Positions 42,299-51,470 of a stretch of 64,000 nucleotides of DNA are shown here, piece by piece. Location of the stretch: positions 23,879 to 87,878 of the forward strand of contig DCGP01000017.1 in NCBI GenBank assembly GCA_002314595.1, read 5' to 3'. Within the stretch, counting starts at the first letter, position 1; the number at the start of each line of letters is the position of its first letter. The stretch comes from Clostridiales bacterium UBA1775. Its GTDB lineage: Bacteria > Bacillota > Clostridia > Monoglobales > Firm-18. Under the pieces are notes generated by a model. The model had not been told where the DNA came from, searched no databases, and saw nothing but the letters and a program-made list of their open reading frames with translations. A program made the translations under genes and the position numbers.

Positions 42299-43614
42299 TT
42301 GAAAAAAATCAAACATACCAAGTTACAATAACAGGAATGGGCGAAAAAGGTGAAGGGGTTGCCAAAATTGACAACTTTGCCGTATTTATTCCTTATGCCT
42401 TAATTGGTGAAACTATTGAGGTTTTAATTGTAAAAGTCCTTAAAAGCTATGCTTATGGTAAGATGTTAAACATTATTAAACCGTCAAGGGAAAGGATTGA
42501 GCCAAAGTGCCCTGTCTTTTACAAGTGTGGTGGGTGCGATTTGCAGCATTGCACCTATAATCAAGAATTAGAATTTAAAACCAACAAGGTAAAGGACTGC
42601 ATAAAACGAATTGGCAGTTTAAACATAAAGGTAAATAATACGTTAGGATATGAACAAAATTATTACAGAAACAAATCACAATTTCCGGTTTCTCCTGACG
42701 GAATAGGGTTTTACTCACCAAGAAGTCATCGTGTTGTGCCTATTGAAAACTGCTTAACTCAAAATGAAAATTCCAACAAAGCAATGAACATTGTAAAGGA
42801 ATTTATGGAGCTTTTTCACATTAAGCCATACGATGAGTCTACCAAAAAAGGTGTTATTCGTCATATTTTTACACGCTGTGCACTTACAAACCAAGTTATG
42901 GTTTGCATTGTTACTGCTACTGAAAATCTAAAATCTGCCGATTCTTTGGTAAGTATGCTTAAAAATGAATTTGGTGAAGATGTTTCGGTAATTCAAAACA
43001 TCAACACAAAAAATACTAATATTATTTTAGGCGATAAAAATAAAATCTTAAACGGAAACGGTGTAATTATTGACAAAATCGGTGATAAATTCTTTGAAAT
43101 ATCGCCTCATTCATTCTTTCAAATTAACCCCCATCAAACAAAGGCTTTGTATGACAAGGTTTTGGAGGTTGCACAATTTGAGGGTAATGAAAGGGTACTT
43201 GATTTATACTGTGGAATTGGTACAATAAGCCTTTATGTTGCACCATATGTAGAGTCTGTAATCGGTGTTGAATGTGTGCCACAAGCAATTGAAAATGCCA
43301 AGAAAAACTCAATGCTTAACAACATTAAAAATGCTGAATTTTACGTTGGAAATGCAGAGGATATGGCAGAAAAATTCCCAGACAACGATGTTATCATCGT
43401 AGACCCTCCACGCAAGGGCTGTGATGAGAAATTACTTAATACAATTAAGGATTTGGCACCAAAAAAGATTATTTATGTTTCTTGCAACCCGGCAACACTT
43501 GCAAGGGATTTGAAAATATTAACAGGATATGGCTACACTGCCCACGAAGTTTGGCCGGTGGATATGTTTCCAAGAACGGCACATGTGGAAAATGTAGTGT
43601 TGTTGACGAAATAA
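42295..43614 (+). CDS. 23S rRNA (uracil-C5)-methyltransferase, RlmD/RumA family
   Basis: TRAM domain (GEKGEGVAKI), Fe-S Cys cluster CPVFYKCGGCDLQHC, SAM motif DLYCGIGT, and catalytic VSCNP. Confidence 0.85.
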   Translation: MIEKNQTYQVTITGMGEKGEGVAKIDNFAVFIPYALIGETIEVLIVKVLKSYAYGKMLNIIKPSRERIEPKCPVFYKCGGCDLQHCTYNQELEFKTNKVKDCIKRIGSLNIKVNNTLGYEQNYYRNKSQFPVSPDGIGFYSPRSHRVVPIENCLTQNENSNKAMNIVKEFMELFHIKPYDESTKKGVIRHIFTRCALTNQVMVCIVTATENLKSADSLVSMLKNEFGEDVSVIQNINTKNTNIILGDKNKILNGNGVIIDKIGDKFFEISPHSFFQINPHQTKALYDKVLEVAQFEGNERVLDLYCGIGTISLYVAPYVESVIGVECVPQAIENAKKNSMLNNIKNAEFYVGNAEDMAEKFPDNDVIIVDPPRKGCDEKLLNTIKDLAPKKIIYVSCNPATLARDLKILTGYGYTAHEVWPVDMFPRTAHVENVVLLTK

Positions 43615-43703
43615 TTGCAACAGCAAGAATGTCCCTTTTTCTTCTATTATGTGTAATTTAAAAAACCAACTTATTTTATAATAAATTTAATATATAAATG
43701 TTA

Positions 43704-43732
43704 TTGAAACATCTGCAAACATATGGTAAAAT
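43704..43732 (+). promoter_or_regulatory. Putative promoter
   Basis: TTGAAA - 17 nt - TAAAAT with extended TG (TGgTAAAAT). Confidence 0.45.
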
Positions 43733-43763
43733 ATAATAAATACATAAAAAGGATAATTAAATT

Positions 43764-44201
43764 ATGCTTACTGACCACGGAATAAAGTACAAATATTTAA
43801 GAATACACGGCAGAGTTCTTGCTGAAAATACAATGTACCCAAAGGGCTTTTTTGCTATGATTGAGAAAATAGCCAATGACGGAACTATGGACGAAGAGGA
43901 CAGAGGTCTGTTTGAGGAGCTGGATAAATGGTTTGCAGAAATACTTCCCTTTCCTCCACCTTGTCAAAGAGGGGAAAAGGTTGTTTGCTTTTTCAAAACC
44001 GAAAATACAGAGGAAATGATGAAGTTAGTTAGACCACTTTTATGGCTTTTGGACAGATACAAGCAACCATATTATTTAGTATATACCAACTATCCCGGCG
44101 AAATTGTATATGAAGATGAATACCAGGTAGTTGTAAAAGTATCTGACACAGAAATTGAAAAGGTTGTTAAAAAAACAACCGGAATAAGTGATAATAAATA
44201 G
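43764..44201 (+). CDS. Hypothetical protein (145 aa)
   Basis: ORF with an AAAGGA SD. I recognise no motif. Confidence 0.5.
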   Translation: MLTDHGIKYKYLRIHGRVLAENTMYPKGFFAMIEKIANDGTMDEEDRGLFEELDKWFAEILPFPPPCQRGEKVVCFFKTENTEEMMKLVRPLLWLLDRYKQPYYLVYTNYPGEIVYEDEYQVVVKVSDTEIEKVVKKTTGISDNK

Positions 44202-44212
44202 GGGGTTATTTT

Positions 44213-44980
44213 ATGAATAAAATTATTAAATCATTATTACCATTAACATTAGCAACCTTTATGCTTACAGGCTGTGGAAACAAAATTTCCTTTGAAAAGC
44301 ACGTTATTCCATACCCAACAAATATGGAGACAACAAAGGACGAATTAGGTGCTGACTATGCAGATTCACGACTTGACCACCCTGATACAAAATACTATTC
44401 TGCAAATAATTATTACAGTATGAAGCCAAACGAAACATTACATATTGTTAGAAATTTTAAAACATATCAACAAACAACGGAATACACAGCCGGTCCGGCA
44501 TCAACATTGATGATTTTACACCATTATGGTGTTGATGACTACACAGAAATGGACATTGCCGAAAGGACAAAAACAGATAATACAACAGGCACAACCGTTG
44601 AAAACATTTGTGCTTTTTTAGGCGATATTGGCTTAAAATGTAATTCACACGCAGACACAAATGCACAATTTGAAACAATCGAAGAGGCAGAAAAGTTCTT
44701 TATTAACCTAATTGATGCTGATATGCCTATTATGGTTAATTGGGAGGACTGGGGCGGACATTGGCAGGTTCTTATTGGTATTGATACCTGTGGCACAGAG
44801 TCTTGCCTTGACGATGTTATGATTTTTGCAGACCCTTATGATATTACCGACCACTATCAAGACGGATATTATACATATTCATTAGGCAGATTCTTCTACC
44901 AATGGAAAGAGGGCGCGATGTTGCAAAAAGAAAACCCCTATGTTCAACCGTTTATTGTAATCTATAAAGATTTTACTTAA
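44213..44980 (+). CDS. Lipoprotein with a peptidase-C39-like (papain-fold) domain, Ala at the expected nucleophile position
   Basis: Lipobox LTGC (signal MNKIIKSLLPLTLATFMLTGC). QQTTEYTAGPASTLMILHHYG resembles the C39_2 Q...CGPAS...G block with Cys replaced by Ala. GGHWQVLIGID and ADPYD resemble the His and Asp blocks. Confidence 0.55.
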   Translation: MNKIIKSLLPLTLATFMLTGCGNKISFEKHVIPYPTNMETTKDELGADYADSRLDHPDTKYYSANNYYSMKPNETLHIVRNFKTYQQTTEYTAGPASTLMILHHYGVDDYTEMDIAERTKTDNTTGTTVENICAFLGDIGLKCNSHADTNAQFETIEEAEKFFINLIDADMPIMVNWEDWGGHWQVLIGIDTCGTESCLDDVMIFADPYDITDHYQDGYYTYSLGRFFYQWKEGAMLQKENPYVQPFIVIYKDFT

Positions 44981-44991
44981 TACTTATTTAT

Positions 44992-45669
44992 ATGGGACTG
45001 GTTAAATTGAAAAAAATATTATCTCCGTCTATTATTTCATATTTATTGCTTGCATTATCCGGTGGATGTATGGATGCCTACTCATACATTTGCAGGTCAA
45101 AGGTTTTTGCAAATGCGCAAACAGGAAATGTCTTGCTTTTTGGCATTAACCTTTCGGAAGGTAATTGGAATATGGCTTTCAAATATTTATTGCCAATAGT
45201 TGCTTTTATTTTGGGAGTTGTGATTTTAGATATTTTAAAAAGATTATCAAAACATAATAATTGTTGGGAAAGGTATGCAATAATTATTCAGTTAATCGCA
45301 CTTTCCATTGTTTGTTTTATTCCAAACACCTATGACAAATTTGCAAATATGATAATATCATTTACCTGTGGAATTCAGGTAGAAGCATTTAAATCGGTTA
45401 ATAACACAGATGTTGCCACAACAATGTGCATTGGTAATTTAAGTAAGGGAACACATCAATTAGTTGAATATATAAAAACAAAAAATACGGTAAATTTAAA
45501 ACGATTTTCAATTTATTTTTTGATTATTATTTTCTTTACCATAGGTGCTGTTATTGAAAATATCATTATTTATTATTGGGGCAATTTGGCAATACTATTA
45601 TCGGTTTTATTACTATCAATCGTGCTATTACTTTCAATTTTAAAAAATCAAAAAAAGGAGATACAATGA
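44992..45669 (+). CDS. DUF1275 (YoaK-like) membrane protein
   Basis: LSGGCMDAYSY and ANAQTGN motifs plus six predicted TM helices. Confidence 0.75.
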   Translation: MGLVKLKKILSPSIISYLLLALSGGCMDAYSYICRSKVFANAQTGNVLLFGINLSEGNWNMAFKYLLPIVAFILGVVILDILKRLSKHNNCWERYAIIIQLIALSIVCFIPNTYDKFANMIISFTCGIQVEAFKSVNNTDVATTMCIGNLSKGTHQLVEYIKTKNTVNLKRFSIYFLIIIFFTIGAVIENIIIYYWGNLAILLSVLLLSIVLLLSILKNQKKEIQ

Positions 45670-47084
45670 AAGCGTACATATTACAGCCTCAATATTCAAA
45701 CGATTTGCAAAAATCCGATGAGTTGTTTTACAAAAAAATAGAGATGCTAAATGATATTGGCAATGATGCTGACATAGTTGTGTTACCTGAGTACAGTGAT
45801 GTGCCCTGTGCAGTTAAAACAAAGGAAGAGCTATCACTATTTCACGAAAAATATATGGATATACTTGTAACCGAATGTATTAAAACAGCTAAAAAAAATC
45901 AATGTGTTGTATTTTTTAATGCTCTTGACAAGGTAAATAACAGGTACAGAAACACAACATTTGCTGTTAATAAAAATGGTGAAATAGTTGGAAAATACTA
46001 CAAAACCCATATTCCACCCGGTGAAAAGGCACTTGATATTGATGACAAATATACAATAGAAAGTTCTGAACCATACATATTAGAAATTGATGGTATAAGA
46101 TACGGCTTTTTGACATGCTATGATTTTTACTTTTATGAAGCATTCCCAAGGATTGCAAGATACAATGTTGATATAATTATCGGTTGTTCATTACAACGAA
46201 GCGACAGCCACTATGCACTTGAAACTATGTGCAGATTTTTGGCATATAACACAAACGCCTATGTTTTGCGCTCTTCGGTAAGCTATGACGAAAATGCAAC
46301 CATTTGTGGTGCAAGTATGGCAGTTACACCTGAGGGCAGGTTACTAATGAATATGGAGGGCAAATTTGGATATGGCACCTGTGAATTTGACCCACATTCA
46401 AAATACTTAAAGCCTGCCGGATTTGGCAGACCATTAGCACCACACTACGAATATATTGAAGAGGGCAGAAACCCTTGGCAATACAGAAATTGTGGAAGTG
46501 CAATATGTCCAACTGATAAATTGATGAAATTTCCAAGGATATGCGCTGAAAGCAACCTTTTAGGTAATGATAATATTAACATTATGGCATCAATTGGTAG
46601 TTTAGTTGGCATAGGAGTAAATGAAATTAAGTTAAACGTATCCTCAATCAATAATGAACCGATTACAAAATGTGGTATCGGATATGTTAATTTGGAAAAA
46701 ATCTTACAAAAGTTTGCTTGTCATTCCATTCTTAATTTACAAATAGAAGATATTAGTTTAATTGAAAAGGTTGCACCTCTTATTAAAAAATATGACTGCA
46801 TTTATCATACATATTTTACATCAAGTAATGTTGAAGTGCTGAATAAAGTTAAAAACCTATTGGCTGAATGTAAAACTTGTTCTGTTGGCAGTACAGAAAA
46901 TCAAGTGGATAAAATTCAGCTAAATGCAAGTGAAATTAGTGAAGAAATCATTAAAAAATTGCACTCTAAAAGTATTGTCTGTAATGTTGTTTGCAATGAT
47001 ATTAAAGAAGTAAACAACGCTTTAAAATCAGGTGCAGACACTATAATTTACAACAAGTGTATAGATGTAATAGATTTATTTTAA
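45666..47084 (+). CDS. Carbon-nitrogen hydrolase (nitrilase superfamily) with a C-terminal degenerate GDPD-like region
   Basis: E-K-C triad candidates VLPEYS, YYKTH, FLTCYD. The last ~170 aa weakly resemble a glycerophosphodiesterase TIM barrel (LNLQIEDIS, GADTIIYNK) without the catalytic His residues. ATG 45666 overlaps the upstream stop (ATGA). Confidence 0.65.
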   Translation: MKAYILQPQYSNDLQKSDELFYKKIEMLNDIGNDADIVVLPEYSDVPCAVKTKEELSLFHEKYMDILVTECIKTAKKNQCVVFFNALDKVNNRYRNTTFAVNKNGEIVGKYYKTHIPPGEKALDIDDKYTIESSEPYILEIDGIRYGFLTCYDFYFYEAFPRIARYNVDIIIGCSLQRSDSHYALETMCRFLAYNTNAYVLRSSVSYDENATICGASMAVTPEGRLLMNMEGKFGYGTCEFDPHSKYLKPAGFGRPLAPHYEYIEEGRNPWQYRNCGSAICPTDKLMKFPRICAESNLLGNDNINIMASIGSLVGIGVNEIKLNVSSINNEPITKCGIGYVNLEKILQKFACHSILNLQIEDISLIEKVAPLIKKYDCIYHTYFTSSNVEVLNKVKNLLAECKTCSVGSTENQVDKIQLNASEISEEIIKKLHSKSIVCNVVCNDIKEVNNALKSGADTIIYNKCIDVIDLF

Positions 47085-47089
47085 AACAG

Positions 47090-47110
47090 TAATAGTAATT
47101 ATTACTATTA
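47090..47110. promoter_or_regulatory. 21-nt AT-rich perfect palindrome upstream of luxS
   Basis: TAATAGTAAT-T-ATTACTATTA, centred at 47100, 6 nt before the luxS SD (GGAGG). Confidence 0.25.
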
Positions 47111-47126
47111 TATACGGAGGAATAAA

Positions 47127-47642
47127 ATGGATTTAATACCAAGTTTTCAAGTAGACCACACAAAGATTGTGGCAGGAATTTATGAATCAAGGGTAGATAC
47201 ATTGGGTACAGAATACGCCACTACATTTGACATTAGAATGAAAGTGCCAAACAAAGAGCCTGCAATTCACTCCAACGCTATGCACACAATAGAGCATATT
47301 GTTGCAACATTCCTGCGCAACGATAAAGAGTGGAAGGATAAAATTATCTATTGGGGACCAATGGGTTGCCTAACAGGTTGCTATTTAATTGTTAAAGGTC
47401 GTCCTACACCAAAGGAAATATTGCCTCTTATGATTAGAGCCTTTGAATACTGTGCAAAATATGACGATGTTGTGCCCGGTGCAAACGCCGTAAACTGTGG
47501 CAACTACATTTTGCACGACCTTAATATGGCAAAATATGAGGCCCGAAAATACTGTGAAATACTAAAAAATAATCCTTGCTTTGAATATCCGACAGAGCAA
47601 AGAATTAAAACAGAAAAAGGACAAATATTTTACGATTCCTAA
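47127..47642 (+). CDS. luxS: S-ribosylhomocysteine lyase
   Basis: HTIEHIVATFLRN (H-x-x-E-H metal site) and the GC.TGCY Cys motif. 171 aa. Confidence 0.95.
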   Translation: MDLIPSFQVDHTKIVAGIYESRVDTLGTEYATTFDIRMKVPNKEPAIHSNAMHTIEHIVATFLRNDKEWKDKIIYWGPMGCLTGCYLIVKGRPTPKEILPLMIRAFEYCAKYDDVVPGANAVNCGNYILHDLNMAKYEARKYCEILKNNPCFEYPTEQRIKTEKGQIFYDS

Positions 47643-47645
47643 ATT

Positions 47646-47681
47646 AAAAATACAGTTGCATTATTTTGCAACTGTATTTTT
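47646..47681. terminator. Bidirectional terminator overlapping the 3' end of the minus-strand SGNH-like gene
   Basis: 15-bp perfect hairpin AAAAATACAGTTGCA-ttattt-TGCAACTGTATTTTT. Confidence 0.6.
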
Positions 47682-48311
47682 AAATATATCTATTTTTTCT
47701 TGTGTTAAGTTTAATGAAGCTGTGTTCTTTGGAAATTCTCCAAAAATCGTGTAATAGTGTGTCAATGCAGAAAGGCAACTTCCCTTGTATGATGGGTGCT
47801 TGCAGTCCTCGTGATAAAGTTCAATATCACTATTTTCAAAAACTTCTAAAAAGTTTTTACCAACGGGAGAAACCTTAAAACCAAGTTCTTTTCCTATTTT
47901 ATCGTATGCCTTTTTTATTATTTCAAACATACTTTTTGTTGTTAAGTTGTTTTCTAAAATAAATTTATGATTAGAATGGCTACCCCAAGTTTGATATAAT
48001 ATAACCTTATCTACCGAACCCTTGACCATATCATATACTTCTTTAACACCCTTTTCAAACAAGTCGGGGCTTGTTATAGTTATTGTACTGTAATCTTGCA
48101 AAATGCAGTAATCATAACGGTTTCCCTCCACTGCATCATACACGTTTTTAGTATATTCATCGTTAGCCTCTGCATATTCAATTAACTTATGTCCACCCTT
48201 AGTTACAGCAATTGTTTGCACATCTTTGTCATTATCAATAGCTAATTTTTCAAAGATTTTAGGCATATCATTATAAAAAGTATAACTATTGCCGATAAAC
48301 AATGTTTTCAA
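47661..48311 (-). CDS. SGNH-hydrolase-like protein
   Basis: LFIGNSYT N-terminal block and a late D..H pair (HEDCKHP). Weak family call. Confidence 0.5.
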   Translation of the reverse strand: MKTLFIGNSYTFYNDMPKIFEKLAIDNDKDVQTIAVTKGGHKLIEYAEANDEYTKNVYDAVEGNRYDYCILQDYSTITITSPDLFEKGVKEVYDMVKGSVDKVILYQTWGSHSNHKFILENNLTTKSMFEIIKKAYDKIGKELGFKVSPVGKNFLEVFENSDIELYHEDCKHPSYKGSCLSALTHYYTIFGEFPKNTASLNLTQEKIDIFKNTVAK

Positions 48312-48324
48312 TCAAAGCACCTCT

Positions 48325-49413
48325 CTATTTTAGTAATTTATTTACCTCTTCATATATTATTTCTGCTGAATTTTTTATGCCTAATTTTGCAGAATTTTCT
48401 GCCATTGTTTTTAATTTGTTGCTATCATCTAATAGCTCCATAACCAGCTTATTAAACAATTCATTTGACAGGTCTTTTTCTTCAATTAGCATTGCACAGC
48501 CATTGTCTGCAAGTGCCTTTGCATTAAAATATTGATGATTGTCCGTAACATTTGGCGACGGAATTAGCACAGACGGCTTGCCAAGAGCATTAAGCTCGCT
48601 GACTGTAATTGCTCCTGCCCTACATACAAGCAGGTCTGCTCCGTTCATAGCCTCATCCATATTATAAATATATTTTACTACCGAAATTCCTTCTTTTTCT
48701 ATGCCCTTTAGCTGTTTTGAAACTGTTTCATATTCTCTTTCGCCGGTAGCAAACAAAATATTATACTTTCCCTTTGGAACTTGCTTAATAAAGTCTATCA
48801 TACAATCGTTAATTCTCTTTGCACCCAAGCTGCCACCAAAGGACACTATAAAAGGTCTGTTATCCACTCCCAAGCTCTTTCGTGCCTCTTCCTTGGTTGT
48901 TTTAAACAGTTCTGTCCTTAATGGATTGCCGGTAAGCACCACATTTTTTGCACCGGTAAATTTTGCTCTGCTTTTTTCAAAGCTAATACATACTGTATCC
49001 ACAGATTTTGAAAGCATCTTGCTTGTCATTCCTGCAAATACATTTTGCTCGTGAATAAGTGTAGGAATACCCATAGACGACGCTGTTTTCAAAAGAGGCC
49101 CTGATACATAACCACCTGTGCCGATTACAATATCAGGATTGAAATCTTTTATTATCCCTCTGCACCTTACACAAGCAACACACGCCTTTAATACAGAAAC
49201 CATATTTTTAATTGTTATGGCTCGTTTAATGCCATTAACATCAATAAATTTAATATTATAGCCACTTTTGGGTACTAATGTACTTTCCATACCTTTTTTT
49301 GTACCTACAAAGAGAAATTCGCTTTCCGGCTGATGTTCTTTAATTGTATTTGCAATAGTAAGTGCAGGGTTAATATGCCCTGCTGTTCCTCCACCTGAAA
49401 GTAACACTCTCAT
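48325..49413 (-). CDS. murG: UDP-GlcNAc:lipid I N-acetylglucosaminyltransferase
   Basis: SGGGTAGHINPAL N-terminus, GGSLGA, and the ITVSEL motif in the C-terminal region. Confidence 0.95.
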   Translation of the reverse strand: MRVLLSGGGTAGHINPALTIANTIKEHQPESEFLFVGTKKGMESTLVPKSGYNIKFIDVNGIKRAITIKNMVSVLKACVACVRCRGIIKDFNPDIVIGTGGYVSGPLLKTASSMGIPTLIHEQNVFAGMTSKMLSKSVDTVCISFEKSRAKFTGAKNVVLTGNPLRTELFKTTKEEARKSLGVDNRPFIVSFGGSLGAKRINDCMIDFIKQVPKGKYNILFATGEREYETVSKQLKGIEKEGISVVKYIYNMDEAMNGADLLVCRAGAITVSELNALGKPSVLIPSPNVTDNHQYFNAKALADNGCAMLIEEKDLSNELFNKLVMELLDDSNKLKTMAENSAKLGIKNSAEIIYEEVNKLLK

Positions 49414-49426
49414 AACCTAAACTCCT

Positions 49427-50488
49427 TTATTTTGAGCCTTGCCTTGAAATATTTAACACTATTCCCATACTTGCCATAATAATAGAAAGTGCTGTACCAC
49501 CGTATGAGAAGAATGGTAGTGAAATACCTGTTACCGGAATTGATGATGTTACAACGGCAATGTTCATTATAACCTCAAGACCTATAAGTGATGTTATACC
49601 AATAGCCATTAAACAACCTAATTTATCCTTTGCCTTTAACCCAATTCTAATACCTCGATAAACTAAAAATCCAAACAGTACCAACACAACAAGAGCACCT
49701 ACAAAGCCCGTTTCTTCGCATAATATTGCAAAGATAAAGTCGTTGTGAGGCTCCGGAATATACAAGAACTTCTGCCTGCTTTGACCTATGCCCAAACCAA
49801 ATAATCCCCCACTGCCTATGGCGTAAAGTGATTGAATAACTTGGTAGCCATCGCCTAATGGGTCTGCAAAGGGATCCATAAAAGAAAATAGTCTGGCTCG
49901 TCTGTATGAAGATGTAAGTACCAAAATCACTGCAAGAATTCCACCACCGACACCCAAAGGTACCAATTTTTTAAGGTCTGCATCACCAACAACAAGCATA
50001 ATTATGCCAACTGCGGCAATAATCAATGTAGCACTAAGATGTGGTTCTAAAACTATCAATCCACATACCAAGCCGATTGCAATAAGGTTTGGCAACAAGC
50101 CTCTTTTAAAGGTTTTTATGTATTTCTTATTTTTGGATATTGATTCACTTAAAAATATAATCAACCCTATTTTTGCAACCTCTGAAGGTTGGAAACCAAA
50201 AAGCCATCTTTTTCCACCCTTTGCCTCTGTTCCAATTGCAAGGACTAAAATAAGCAATAGCACTGTTAAAGCAAATATATATCCTGACATCTTTGCAAGC
50301 TTGTGGTAATCAAAGTTTGCGAAGAAAAGCAAAAGCACTACCGAAACCAGCGCCCAAATAGATTGTCTTTTAATAAAATAATATGCGTCCCCCATTGTAC
50401 TTCTTGCAGACTCTGAACTTGATGACATTACCATTATAAGCCCAAAAGCCAAAAGAACAAATACGGTTATTAGAAAATAAAAATCCAT
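49427..50488 (-). CDS. ftsW: FtsW/SpoVE (SEDS family) peptidoglycan polymerase
   Basis: Ten-TM SEDS protein with QPSE.AK, PEPHNDFIF and GTALS motifs. ATG 50488 is preferred (AAAGGA SD) over the TTG at 50506. Confidence 0.9.
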   Translation of the reverse strand: MDFYFLITVFVLLAFGLIMVMSSSSESARSTMGDAYYFIKRQSIWALVSVVLLLFFANFDYHKLAKMSGYIFALTVLLLILVLAIGTEAKGGKRWLFGFQPSEVAKIGLIIFLSESISKNKKYIKTFKRGLLPNLIAIGLVCGLIVLEPHLSATLIIAAVGIIMLVVGDADLKKLVPLGVGGGILAVILVLTSSYRRARLFSFMDPFADPLGDGYQVIQSLYAIGSGGLFGLGIGQSRQKFLYIPEPHNDFIFAILCEETGFVGALVVLVLFGFLVYRGIRIGLKAKDKLGCLMAIGITSLIGLEVIMNIAVVTSSIPVTGISLPFFSYGGTALSIIMASMGIVLNISRQGSK

Positions 50489-50506
50489 TTGTCCTTTTTT
50501 ATTCAA

Positions 50507-51469
50507 CTAAATCACCCCAATACCTAATAAACCGATTATACAAAATACTATTGTAACACTTGTAAACACTAACACTATTTTGCGTTCGCTCCAACCACTC
50601 ATTTCAAAATGATGATGAATAGGACTCATTTTAAACACTCTTTTGCCGGTTAACTTAAAAGATGTTACCTGAATAATTACTGATAATGTTTCAATAAAGT
50701 AGATAATTCCAACTAAAATTACGATAAACGGGCTTTGAATCATTAGTGCAAAGGCACCAACTGTACCACCTAACATTAGAGAACCTGTATCGCCCATAAA
50801 CACCTTTGCCGGATTTTTGTTGAACATTAAAAACCCCAACAAAGCACCGATAAGCCCAACTGCAAACAGGGATAATGACGAGTAATTCATAAATACAGAC
50901 GCTATTGCAAAGAACATCATTACAACAGTTGTAACCGATGTTGCAAGGCCGTCAATACCGTCCGTTAAATTAACCCCATTTGTTGTTGCAAGTAATACAA
51001 AAATTGCAAACGGAATATATAGCCAGCCCATATTCCAACAAATATCGGTAAACGGAATATTTATTGAAAATGAAAGTATACCTTTTTCTATACCTACAAG
51101 CACAAATACTACTGAAACAATTATTTGAAGTGCCAATTTCTGCCATGCCTTTAAGCCTAAATTTCTCTTTAAAACAACCTTGATAAAGTCATCTAAAAAT
51201 CCGATTAAACCAAAGCCTAATGAACAGAACAAAAGCAACAGAACATTTGCATCAATTCGTCTAAAATTAGCCAAAACTGCAACAATTAGTGCCAAAATAA
51301 ATATTATGCCACCCATTGTAGGAGTACCACTCTTTTTTTGGTGCCATTTTGGACCTATTTCCCTAATACTTTGACCAAATTTTAACTTTATTAGCAATGG
51401 AATAAATATAGGGCCAAAAAGCATAGAAGCTATTAGACCTATTACCATTGTAACAGCAAATATACTCAT
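50507..51469 (-). CDS. mraY: Phospho-N-acetylmuramoyl-pentapeptide transferase
   Basis: KKSGTPTMGG, NLTDGIDGLA, MGDTGSL and PIHHHFE motifs. Confidence 0.95.
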   Translation of the reverse strand: MSIFAVTMVIGLIASMLFGPIFIPLLIKLKFGQSIREIGPKWHQKKSGTPTMGGIIFILALIVAVLANFRRIDANVLLLLFCSLGFGLIGFLDDFIKVVLKRNLGLKAWQKLALQIIVSVVFVLVGIEKGILSFSINIPFTDICWNMGWLYIPFAIFVLLATTNGVNLTDGIDGLATSVTTVVMMFFAIASVFMNYSSLSLFAVGLIGALLGFLMFNKNPAKVFMGDTGSLMLGGTVGAFALMIQSPFIVILVGIIYFIETLSVIIQVTSFKLTGKRVFKMSPIHHHFEMSGWSERKIVLVFTSVTIVFCIIGLLGIGVI

Positions 51470-51470
51470 T

